From the sequence record SRR20825019_1418: DNA of 64,000 bases. One strand, given 5' to 3'. The position numbers and the translations under genes are program-made. The notes beneath the pieces were generated by a model. It worked only from the letters and a program-made list of their open reading frames with translations, had not been told where the DNA came from and did not search any database. Of the stretch, positions 9,131 to 17,689 are shown one piece after another (the stretch's first letter is position 1; each line of letters opens with the position of its first letter).

Positions 9131-11776
9131 ATGTTCTCTTGCGTCAGTGGGTTACGTTACCATCTCGCTGTCTTGGGCCGGGTATTCGCGCTTCTTCCTG
9201 TCGCGCTCGCTGCAGGGTGTCTCCAGAGCGGCGACAGTCAGTCCCGTGACCCTGTGGTTGTTGAGAATCCGGTCGTCTTTGTAAAACGCCCCTTGCTTTT
9301 CGATGAGGACAATGGCGCGCTCATCGGTGACAACCTTGCCGAGCCTGCGGAGTTTCGTCCCGGCGCTCGCCTGTTCCTGAAGGATCGCGCGTCTCCCGAC
9401 GCGCCGTCGCGAGACATCACTTCATCCGCTTTCCCGGGGCCGCTTGGCTACGATGTCAAGGATCTCACTGTCTCTTACGATGGTACTCGCGTTCTCTTTG
9501 CCATGAGGGCGCCGGAGATTGAAGACGCGGATGAGGACGAACAGCCAACCTGGAACATTTGGGAGTACGACGTATCTTCCGGCACTCTCCGGCGTGTTAT
9601 CGAATCCAACGTCACCGCCGAAGCAGGGCAGGATATCGCGCCTGCTTACCTGCCTGATGACCGCATTGTCTTTTCCTCCACGCGGCAACGGGTGTCTCGC
9701 GCGATTTTGCTGGACGAGGGCAAGCCCCAGTATCCGGCGCTTGACGAGGAGCGCGAGGTTCCGGCCTTTGTCCTGCACGTGATGGATGCTGACGGGGACA
9801 ACATCGAGCAGATCACGTTCAACCAGAGCCACGATCTGGACCCATTGGTAACGGACGAAGGCGCCATCGTATTTAGCCGCTGGGACAATGCCGGCCAAAC
9901 CCAGGGCAACGGATTCAACCTCTATAAGGTCAATCCGGACGGCACCGGGCTCAGTTATCTTTACGGCCGCCACTCTCATGGCTCTGTCAGCGATGACGTC
10001 AACATTGAGTATCTGCGCCCGCAGGCGACGGATTCCGGTCGACTTCTGGCTCAGCTCCGTCCTACCGAAACCAACAACTTTGGGGCGGTTCCGGTTGAGA
10101 TTGATGTCGAACGTTATGTAGAGGCGGGCATCCGCGTTGACGGCAATCCCGGCTCGGCGCAAACGCCGTTGGTCAGCGGGTTGTCCCTTGGCAATGAGAT
10201 CTCGCTGCGCGGAAACTACAGCTCGGTATCCCCGTTTCTGGATGGCACACGTCGCTACCTCGTTAGCTGGAGCCCATGCCGGCTGAGGCTTGCTACTGGC
10301 AATGGCGACATCCTCAACTGCACGCAGGAGCGGATTGCCTCGGGCGCCTATCGGGCCGCCGCTCCCGTTTACGGGTTATGGTTGCTTGATATGGCGTCCG
10401 GCACCCAGCGCCCGATTCAGTCGCCCGAGGAAGGCCAACAGTTCGACGAGGCGGTACTGATGACCGAAAGGTCCCTGCCGACGTTTATTCCCGAATCGCA
10501 GTTCTCAGGCGATGCGGCGACCCTTGCAGAGGATGGTCTTGGCATACTGCAGATCCAGAGTGTCTACGACATTGATGGCGTTGATACTTCTCCGGCGGGT
10601 ATTCGGCAGACAGCCGATCCGGCGATTGTTTCTCCGGACAACCTTCCCAGGCGCTTCCTTCGACTCGAAAAGCCGGTCTCAATTCCCGATGAAGAGGTCA
10701 GGGACTTCGACAACACCGCCTTTGGGCGCAGCCAGGCGCAGTCGATGCGGGAAATTCTCGGCTACGTGCCGGTCGAGCCTGATGGGTCGGTTCGGGTGGC
10801 AGTGCCCGCCAACGTCGCGTTTGCCATCAGCGTGTTGGACGATGAAGGACGACGGATTGGCCCCCGTCACCAGAACTGGTTGAACGTCAGGCCCGGAGAA
10901 ACCCTGGCCTGCAGCGGTTGCCATAATCCTGGAAGCGCCGTACCCCATGGTCGGCCGGATGCTGGTCCGGCTCCGGCTTATACAGGAGCGCTGACCGATA
11001 TCGAATTTCCTAATGCCGACCCTGCCCTGGTTGCAATGATGGGCGAAACCATGGCGGAAACCTGGGCCCGGATTAACGGAACCCGTCGCCTCGGGCCGGA
11101 CGCTGTCTATGTCGATCAGTGGACAGACCCCGGTGATGCCAGTCTCACACCGGGCACAGCCTTCTCGCTGAGTTATGCGGACCTCGAAACGGCCGCGCCG
11201 ATCCGTCCTGAGTGCGCCGATGACTGGCGCGCCGCCTGTCGAACCGTCATCAATTACGAGCAGCACATCCATCCGCTGTGGGGGCTTGAAAGACTCATTG
11301 ATGATGGGAACGGCAACGTTATTGATGATTACTCCTGTACGGGATGTCATTCCAACACCGCCGCGGATGATACGACCCAATTGCCAGAAGCCCAGCTGGA
11401 CCTGAGTGATGGCCCTTCGTCGGATGAACCGGATCATTTCAAGTCCTACCGGGAGTTGTTGTTCAACGACAACGAACAGGAGTTGGTCGGTGACCAGCTC
11501 GTTGATGTGCAGGTGCAAGACGGGTTCCTGCTGGACGAAAATGGAGAGCAAATCCTGGATGATGACGGCAACCCAATTCCCGTTTTTGTAAACGTCAACG
11601 TGCCTCCCACCATGTCCGTGAATGGAGCGCGGGCCAGCGGTAACTTTTTCAATCTGTTCCGCGAAGGTGGGCTCCACCAGGGATTCCTCAGCCCAGATGA
11701 ACTACGTCTGATTGCCGAATGGCTCGATATCGGTGGCCAGTATTACAACAACCCCTTTGATGCTCCGGCGGACTGA
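9131..11776 (+). CDS. HzsA-related lipoprotein: TolB/PD40 beta-propeller, hydrazine-synthase-alpha-like middle domain, two c-type hemes
   Basis: Lipobox LAAGC; DIAPAYLPDDRIVFSSTR; PVEPDGSVRVAVPA...VRPGETLACSGCH; CTGCH; C-terminal ELRLIAEWLDIG; start could be anywhere from 9074 to 9131. Confidence 0.72.
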   Translation: MFSCVSGLRYHLAVLGRVFALLPVALAAGCLQSGDSQSRDPVVVENPVVFVKRPLLFDEDNGALIGDNLAEPAEFRPGARLFLKDRASPDAPSRDITSSAFPGPLGYDVKDLTVSYDGTRVLFAMRAPEIEDADEDEQPTWNIWEYDVSSGTLRRVIESNVTAEAGQDIAPAYLPDDRIVFSSTRQRVSRAILLDEGKPQYPALDEEREVPAFVLHVMDADGDNIEQITFNQSHDLDPLVTDEGAIVFSRWDNAGQTQGNGFNLYKVNPDGTGLSYLYGRHSHGSVSDDVNIEYLRPQATDSGRLLAQLRPTETNNFGAVPVEIDVERYVEAGIRVDGNPGSAQTPLVSGLSLGNEISLRGNYSSVSPFLDGTRRYLVSWSPCRLRLATGNGDILNCTQERIASGAYRAAAPVYGLWLLDMASGTQRPIQSPEEGQQFDEAVLMTERSLPTFIPESQFSGDAATLAEDGLGILQIQSVYDIDGVDTSPAGIRQTADPAIVSPDNLPRRFLRLEKPVSIPDEEVRDFDNTAFGRSQAQSMREILGYVPVEPDGSVRVAVPANVAFAISVLDDEGRRIGPRHQNWLNVRPGETLACSGCHNPGSAVPHGRPDAGPAPAYTGALTDIEFPNADPALVAMMGETMAETWARINGTRRLGPDAVYVDQWTDPGDASLTPGTAFSLSYADLETAAPIRPECADDWRAACRTVINYEQHIHPLWGLERLIDDGNGNVIDDYSCTGCHSNTAADDTTQLPEAQLDLSDGPSSDEPDHFKSYRELLFNDNEQELVGDQLVDVQVQDGFLLDENGEQILDDDGNPIPVFVNVNVPPTMSVNGARASGNFFNLFREGGLHQGFLSPDELRLIAEWLDIGGQYYNNPFDAPAD

Positions 11777-11796
11777 TAGGACCTGAACTGTTAACC

Positions 11797-12549
11797 ATGA
11801 GACTGGCCCTTATACTGCTGTTTTTAACCGTGCCCCTGTCCGCCACCGCCGACTGGCTATGGGGCGGTGCTGACGAACCGATGCCCCAGGTTCAGGTGGC
11901 GGAGCCGTTTGTGGAGTGGCGTACTGGTCCGGCGGTGGGCTACCCAGTATTCCACACCAGTGAAAAGGGCGAGTGGCTGACGTTGCGCATGCGCAAGACG
12001 TCCTGGCTGAAAGTCACCGACCGCAAGGGCCGGGAAGGCTGGGTACATGTGGACGATGTGCAACTGACACTGGATGGCGAGGGCGAGCAGGTCTCACTCA
12101 GCAATCCACGTTTTGATGATTTCAGCAGCCGCCGTTGGGAGGCGGGGTTGATGATGGGCGAGTTCGAGGGCGCGGCGGTAACTGCGGTTTACGGCGGGTA
12201 TCTCCTGACCCGCAACCTGTCGGCAGAGCTCTGGGGTTCGCAGGTACTGGGAAGCGCCTCTGAAATTCGCATGGTGAACGCCAACATCGTTCACCAGCCG
12301 TTTCCGCACTGGCGTATTTCGCCGTTCTTCACGCTGGGCGTGGGGCATATTTTCATCGAGCCCAAAGCCACCCTGGCGGACCCCGGAGACCGGGATAACA
12401 GCATTGGGCACGCCGGCCTGGGCCTGCGCGCCTATGTCACGGACAACTATTTTATCCGTGCCGAGGTCAAGGACTATAAGATTTTTACCAATCGGGCAAC
12501 CAACGAAGAAGCAACAGAATGGAAAATCGGATTAAGCATATTCTTCTGA
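11797..12549 (+). CDS. SH3-like domain plus outer-membrane beta-barrel protein
   Basis: Signal peptide; bacterial SH3-like WLKVTDRKGREGWV; amphipathic strands, ISPFFTLGVG, C-terminal GLSIFF. Confidence 0.72.
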   Translation: MRLALILLFLTVPLSATADWLWGGADEPMPQVQVAEPFVEWRTGPAVGYPVFHTSEKGEWLTLRMRKTSWLKVTDRKGREGWVHVDDVQLTLDGEGEQVSLSNPRFDDFSSRRWEAGLMMGEFEGAAVTAVYGGYLLTRNLSAELWGSQVLGSASEIRMVNANIVHQPFPHWRISPFFTLGVGHIFIEPKATLADPGDRDNSIGHAGLGLRAYVTDNYFIRAEVKDYKIFTNRATNEEATEWKIGLSIFF

Positions 12550-13166
12550 CCGTCCTGCCGTTTGCGGGCCTGCTGCTGGTGCCAGCTGCTGTCAGCGCCC
12601 AGGAGGACGACCGGCCATTGATTGAGCCGGATGTGCGGCCCCAGAAGGTCGACGAGGCGTTGATCGACACCGAGAACTTCGAGATCGGTGCGTTCGCCGG
12701 CATCATCAATATCGAGGATTTTGAGTCATCATTCCTGTGGGGCGGCAAGCTGACCTACCACCTCAGCGAAACCTTCTTTTTTGAAGCCAATGTGGGCTTT
12801 GCCGAAGGCGGAGAAACCAGCTTTGAAAAGCTCGCCGGGGATGTTCAGGTGTTGTCGGACGAAGACCGGGACTACCGCTACTACAACATCAACATTGGCA
12901 TGAATGTGCTGCCCGGTGAGGCCTTCCTGACCGAGAACTATGCCTTCAATACCAACTTCTACCTGATCGGTGGGGCCGGTGCCACGGACTTTGCCGGTGA
13001 CACCCGGTTTACCTTCAACGTGGGCGCTGGCTACCAGGTATTGCTGACCGACAGCGTATCGATCCATCTGGGGGTGCGTGAACACTTCTACCGGATTGAT
13101 GTGCTGGGCGAGGAAAAAACGTCCATGAATACTGAGGTCAGTGGTGGCCTCTCTGTCTTTTTCTGA
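12519..13166 (+). CDS. Outer-membrane beta-barrel protein (GltA/GltB-like small barrel)
   Basis: Signal peptide ending VSA; FYLIGGAG and FNVGAGY strands; C-terminal GLSVFF. Confidence 0.75.
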   Translation: MENRIKHILLTVLPFAGLLLVPAAVSAQEDDRPLIEPDVRPQKVDEALIDTENFEIGAFAGIINIEDFESSFLWGGKLTYHLSETFFFEANVGFAEGGETSFEKLAGDVQVLSDEDRDYRYYNINIGMNVLPGEAFLTENYAFNTNFYLIGGAGATDFAGDTRFTFNVGAGYQVLLTDSVSIHLGVREHFYRIDVLGEEKTSMNTEVSGGLSVFF

Positions 13167-13178
13167 TAACAGGAGTCA

Positions 13179-13679
13179 ATGATGACAACACGGTTTTTGG
13201 GATTGGCCCTGACCCTGGCGACGCTGGTTGGCGTTTCATCCGTTCAGGCCGAGGAAATGAACATTCCGGCGCCGGACTTCACTCTTGAAAGCCGTCAGGG
13301 CGAGAACCTGCGGCTACAGGATTTCCGTGGCGAAGTGGTAATGCTCAACTTCTGGGCGTCCTGGTGCGGGCCCTGTCGTCAGGAAATGCCATTGATGGAT
13401 GACCTGTACGCTCAGTACAAGGATCTCGGTTTCACCATCCTGGCGGTCAACGTGGATGAGAACCGAGACGAGGCACACCGTTTCCTGGACAAGGTGCCAG
13501 TCAGCTATCCGATCCTTTATGACCCGCAGAGCGATGTCAGCGAACAGTACGAAGTGCAGGCTATGCCGACCACGGTCATGATTGACCGCGATGGCAACGC
13601 ACGTTTTCTCCATCATGGCTACCAGCCCGGCTATGAAGACGAATACGAAACGCAGATCCGGCAACTGGTGCGGGAATAG
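13179..13679 (+). CDS. TlpA-family periplasmic thiol:disulfide oxidoreductase
   Basis: APDFTL, LNFWASWCGPCRQEMP and MPTTVMIDRDG motifs; signal peptide. Confidence 0.92.
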   Translation: MMTTRFLGLALTLATLVGVSSVQAEEMNIPAPDFTLESRQGENLRLQDFRGEVVMLNFWASWCGPCRQEMPLMDDLYAQYKDLGFTILAVNVDENRDEAHRFLDKVPVSYPILYDPQSDVSEQYEVQAMPTTVMIDRDGNARFLHHGYQPGYEDEYETQIRQLVRE

Positions 13680-13697
13680 CTTGAGGCAGGTGAGTGT

Positions 13698-13937
13698 ATG
13701 AACCCTTTCAAAGCAGTGATGGCATCGGCAATCGTGATCCTAATGACGGCGGGGGCGGCCGGTTGCAGTGACATCAAGCCCTGGGTGAAGCCCTATGAGC
13801 GGGACAAGCTCGCGGACCCGGTCATGAGCCTGAGCCGGCATGGAAAAGCGGACGCCTATATGCATCACGTGTACCAGGCCCGTGAATCCGCAAGGGGGGC
13901 GGAAGGCGGCTCCGGAGGTGGTTGTGGCTGTAACTGA
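13698..13937 (+). CDS. DUF4266 small lipoprotein
   Basis: Lipobox AAGC; VKPYERDKLADPVM; C-terminal GGGCGCN. Confidence 0.85.
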   Translation: MNPFKAVMASAIVILMTAGAAGCSDIKPWVKPYERDKLADPVMSLSRHGKADAYMHHVYQARESARGAEGGSGGGCGCN

Positions 13938-15090
13938 TTGCTCCCGGCTGTTCCCTGTGCTGGTAAAGGGGCTGGCGTGTGCGATGGCGTTTGTACAGAT
14001 CGCCACCGCAGCAACCCTGCCGCAAGACAACGTGGATGTCCTTTATCATCGCTATGATGGCGGTGGCATGGTCATTGATGGCCCCTCCGTGCTGGTGCGC
14101 AAGAGCGTGGGCCCCCAGGTGTCGGTGTCCGGCCAGTATTACGTGGACATGGTATCCGCCGCGTCCGTGGATGTGGTGGCGCTGGCCAGTGAATACACCG
14201 AAGAGCGCACGGAATACACCCTCGGGGTGGATTACCTCCATGAGGACTCCATCCTGAGCCTGGGCTACACCAACAGCTCAGAGAACGATTACGAAGCCAA
14301 CACCGTCTACTTTTCCGTCAGCCAGGAATTTTTCGGCGGCATGTCCACGGTCACCCTGGGTTATGCGCGGGGGCAGGACGAGGTGGGTGTCAGGGGGGAC
14401 GAATCGTTCAGCGAAGACGCTGATCGCCAGAATTACCAACTCGGTCTGAGCCAGGTCATGACCCGCAACAGCCTGCTGGGCGTTGACCTGGAAGTGGTGA
14501 CGGACGAAGGCTTCCTGGAGAACCCCTATCGCCGAAATCGCTATATCGACCCAGACGACCCCAACAACTTTCTACTCGACCAGCCCGAGCGATACCCGGA
14601 AACCCGCACCAGTTTCTCCGTGGCCACCCGGGCCTTGTACTACCTGCCTTACCGGGCATCGATTCGCGGTGAGTTCCGTTATTTCAGTGACAGCTGGGGC
14701 ATTGACGCCCAGACCTTTGAGCTCGCTTACGTTCATGCCCTGAATCCGCGCTGGACGCTGGAGGGACGTGCCCGATACTACGTCCAGGATGAGGCGGATT
14801 TCTACAGCGACCTCTACGCCTTCGAAAACTCCCAGACCCACCTGGCGCGCGACAAGGAAATGAGTGCGTTTTCCGGCACCACCCTTGGTGGCGGCGTGGT
14901 GTACGAGTGGAAACAGACCTCGTTGCCGGGCATCCAGCGCCTGCAGGCGAGCCTCTTGGTGGACTGGCTCGATTTCAGCTATGACAACTTCCGGGATGTC
15001 ACTGCGTCCGGCGAATTCCTGCCGGGGCAGGAGCCCCTTTATTCGTTCGATGCCTTCGTAACCCGGGCATCGCTGATCCTTGAATACTGA
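13924..15090 (+). CDS. DUF3570 outer-membrane beta-barrel protein
   Basis: GTG start behind GGAGGT, overlapping the DUF4266 3' end; VDMVSAAS, SSENDY, FLENPYR and YFSDSWGI motifs; ends in an aromatic residue. Confidence 0.8.
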   Translation: MAVTDCSRLFPVLVKGLACAMAFVQIATAATLPQDNVDVLYHRYDGGGMVIDGPSVLVRKSVGPQVSVSGQYYVDMVSAASVDVVALASEYTEERTEYTLGVDYLHEDSILSLGYTNSSENDYEANTVYFSVSQEFFGGMSTVTLGYARGQDEVGVRGDESFSEDADRQNYQLGLSQVMTRNSLLGVDLEVVTDEGFLENPYRRNRYIDPDDPNNFLLDQPERYPETRTSFSVATRALYYLPYRASIRGEFRYFSDSWGIDAQTFELAYVHALNPRWTLEGRARYYVQDEADFYSDLYAFENSQTHLARDKEMSAFSGTTLGGGVVYEWKQTSLPGIQRLQASLLVDWLDFSYDNFRDVTASGEFLPGQEPLYSFDAFVTRASLILEY

Positions 15091-15110
15091 CCAGGTCGGG
15101 ACGATTCAAC

Positions 15111-15662
15111 ATGATGACCTTGAAGAACACATTCGCACTGCACATTGTCAGCCTGGCACTGGCGTTCTGGCAGCCGGCAGCCATGGCCCAGGACAATAGC
15201 GAAGCCGAAACCGGCGACGGTGCGGTCTCGTTGAGCGTTGAAGAGCTGAAAAAACAGGTGATCCGCCTGAATCGGGACCTGTTCATTCTGGAAGAGGACC
15301 TGCTGTATCCCGCCAGTACCCAGTTTGCGGTGTTTCTCAGCCTCGACACCGGCGAATTCCTCAAGCTGGATTCGGTGAAACTCAAGGTCAATGACGAAAC
15401 CGTTGCCGCGCACCTGTATACCGAGCGTCAGGCCAAAGCATTGCAGCGTGGCGGTATGCAGCGCCTGCACATCGGTAACCTCAAGACGGGCGAACACGAG
15501 GTAACGGTGTTTGTTGAGGGTATTGGCCCGGATAACCGCGCCTATAAGCAGGCCGCGACCTATCAATTGCAGAAGGATACGGATACCGCTGCCCTGGAGG
15601 TCCGCATCCGCGACCGCTCATCTGATTACCAGCCCGAAGTGGCGATTGTTGAGTGGGAGTAA
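15111..15662 (+). CDS. Secreted hypothetical protein (coiled coil plus beta-rich domain)
   Basis: Signal peptide ending AMA; in operon, overlaps the next gene; no HTH seen. Confidence 0.7.
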   Translation: MMTLKNTFALHIVSLALAFWQPAAMAQDNSEAETGDGAVSLSVEELKKQVIRLNRDLFILEEDLLYPASTQFAVFLSLDTGEFLKLDSVKLKVNDETVAAHLYTERQAKALQRGGMQRLHIGNLKTGEHEVTVFVEGIGPDNRAYKQAATYQLQKDTDTAALEVRIRDRSSDYQPEVAIVEWE

Positions 15663-17689
15663 CGCGGTCCGTGATTGAGTGGCTGAACCGAATGACGACG
15701 GGCGCCCCGGCGGGACTGACTCTTGCCGGTACGCTTGCGGCGTTGCTTCATGGTCCGGTGGCTGTGGGTGATGAACTGCCGCAGCGCGCAAGTGATCCTG
15801 CCTATGGTGTGGCTCTGTATGAGTATTATCAGGGCAATGCGTTTGAGGCGCTGACCCGCCTAAACGTGGCCTCCGCCGAAGGCGGCATCGATGGTCATGG
15901 TGACCATCCGGCCCTCGTAGAGGGCGGCCTGATGCTGTCCTACGGTATGACCCACGAAGCCGGCGCGCTGTTCCGGGAGTTACTGGACGAGAACGCAGCG
16001 GTGGCGCCGGGTACCCGCAACCAGGCCTGGTTCTATCTGGGCAAAGTGTTCTACCTTGAGCAGGATTCGACCGCGGCGCGAGATGCCCTTGAGCGGGTGG
16101 ATGACGAGCTGTTGCAGGACGAAAGCGACGAGCTTTACCACGAGTGGCTGTACCTTCGGGGCCAGTTGGCCCTGTCCGGAACCAGTGGCGAAACCGTTGA
16201 CGAACTGATCGACTCGCTGCCAGAGAGCTCACCCTGGCGTGCTTACCTGCATTACAACCAGGCGGTTGGCATGCTGTCTGAAGGCCAGACGGAAGAGGCG
16301 ATGGACGCTTTGGCCAGCCTCGATAGCTTGCTTGGCGAGCTGCCCGAATTCGAGCCGCCGTTAGCCAACGAAATGTCGGCACTTCGGGAGCGGGTAAAGC
16401 TCTCCATTGGTCGTCTTCATCTCAGCAGAGGTGATTTTGCCGGCGCCATGGCCAGCCTTGAGCAGATCGCCCTCGACGGCGTGTTTTCCGACCAGGCCCT
16501 GTTCGATTATGCAGTTGCAGCCTCTCGCGAAGGAAGGGCGGGCCTGGCGTTGCAAGCGTTGAATACCCTTCAACAACGCCCTCTGTTCACACCCTGGCTA
16601 CAGCAGGTGCCTTATGCCCGCGGCTTCCTGTTCGAGCAGATGGATCGTCAACAGCAGGCGCTGCAGGCGTACCGTGAGGCTGCCAGTCATTACCAGTCAC
16701 TGAGTACTCGCCTGTCGGATGAGCGGGAGCAGCTAACCGAAGCGCGATTGATCAAGGCGCTTCGCTTCGTGCGTGAGGGCGATAGTCCCGGGCAGCCCGG
16801 ATCGATGGACGCGGAGATGGTTCGTCCCGAACCGGGAGAAACAACCGTACTGACCGATGCCTATGGGCGTGTAAAGGTCCGGCCCGGGGATTACAGCCTG
16901 GCTGGATTGTTGGCGACGGAGTCCTTTCAGCTGTCCCTGCGTGATCTGCATGAACTCTATCGGTTGCGCGATTCCCTTGGCCAATGGCAAACGCAGTTGG
17001 AATCCTTCGATATCATGCTGGAAACCCGTGCCCAACAGCGGGAGCAACGTATCCGCGAGACCCGCGACGCACTTGATGCGCTCAACGCGGATCAATGGCT
17101 GGCGCGACAGGCTGAGTACCGCAGCGCTATTGAAGACGCGTTGGCCAGAGAGGATCTGCGCTTCTTCATGACGCAGGAACAGCACGAACTGGCGGACCGA
17201 CTGGCGCAGGTGGAAAAGACCCTGTCGCAACTGCCGGAGGACGAATCCACCCGCAAACAGCGTGAAACCTTCCAGCGAATGAACGCCTATTTTAACTGGC
17301 GCATTGCTGATGATTACGCGGTCAATCGTTGGGCTGCCGAAAAGCAGCTGCGGGAACTGGACCGGGCCATGGAGGTGTTCGTCGATCAGCGCGCGTTGAT
17401 TGAACAGGAGATGGCATCGGGTGGAGAAAATCAGGCCCTGGCAGCCCGGGTAGAGGCCCGCCAAGTCGCGCTGCAACGTTTGCAGGGCGAGTTGGACAAG
17501 GCACTCTCGGCAGCACGAACGGAACTGCTCACCCTGGTGGATACTGAACTGCAGCAACAGAGCCAGGAAGTGCAGGGGTACCTCAGGGCAACCCGTCATG
17601 CAGCGGCGAGATTGGCGGACACGCTTTTCCTTGGTCGCAATGGCGCGGCGGCGAATCCGGCCACCGAAGCGGGAGGTGACCGTGACTAA
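15653..17689 (+). CDS. TPR and coiled-coil periplasmic protein (GltC-like)
   Basis: TPR-like helices (AWFYLGKVFY, YLHYNQAV) followed by a long coiled coil; start uncertain. Confidence 0.7.
   Translation: MGVTRSVIEWLNRMTTGAPAGLTLAGTLAALLHGPVAVGDELPQRASDPAYGVALYEYYQGNAFEALTRLNVASAEGGIDGHGDHPALVEGGLMLSYGMTHEAGALFRELLDENAAVAPGTRNQAWFYLGKVFYLEQDSTAARDALERVDDELLQDESDELYHEWLYLRGQLALSGTSGETVDELIDSLPESSPWRAYLHYNQAVGMLSEGQTEEAMDALASLDSLLGELPEFEPPLANEMSALRERVKLSIGRLHLSRGDFAGAMASLEQIALDGVFSDQALFDYAVAASREGRAGLALQALNTLQQRPLFTPWLQQVPYARGFLFEQMDRQQQALQAYREAASHYQSLSTRLSDEREQLTEARLIKALRFVREGDSPGQPGSMDAEMVRPEPGETTVLTDAYGRVKVRPGDYSLAGLLATESFQLSLRDLHELYRLRDSLGQWQTQLESFDIMLETRAQQREQRIRETRDALDALNADQWLARQAEYRSAIEDALAREDLRFFMTQEQHELADRLAQVEKTLSQLPEDESTRKQRETFQRMNAYFNWRIADDYAVNRWAAEKQLRELDRAMEVFVDQRALIEQEMASGGENQALAARVEARQVALQRLQGELDKALSAARTELLTLVDTELQQQSQEVQGYLRATRHAAARLADTLFLGRNGAAANPATEAGGDRD

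Noticed and set aside
10679-11677. 332-aa - strand ORF
   Set aside because: Antisense shadow of the HzsA-like gene
9131-11776. Evidence for anammox metabolism
   Set aside because: Only an HzsA-like architecture is present; no hzsB/C or hdh/hao genes, and the context is an aerobic heterotroph with a cbb3 oxidase
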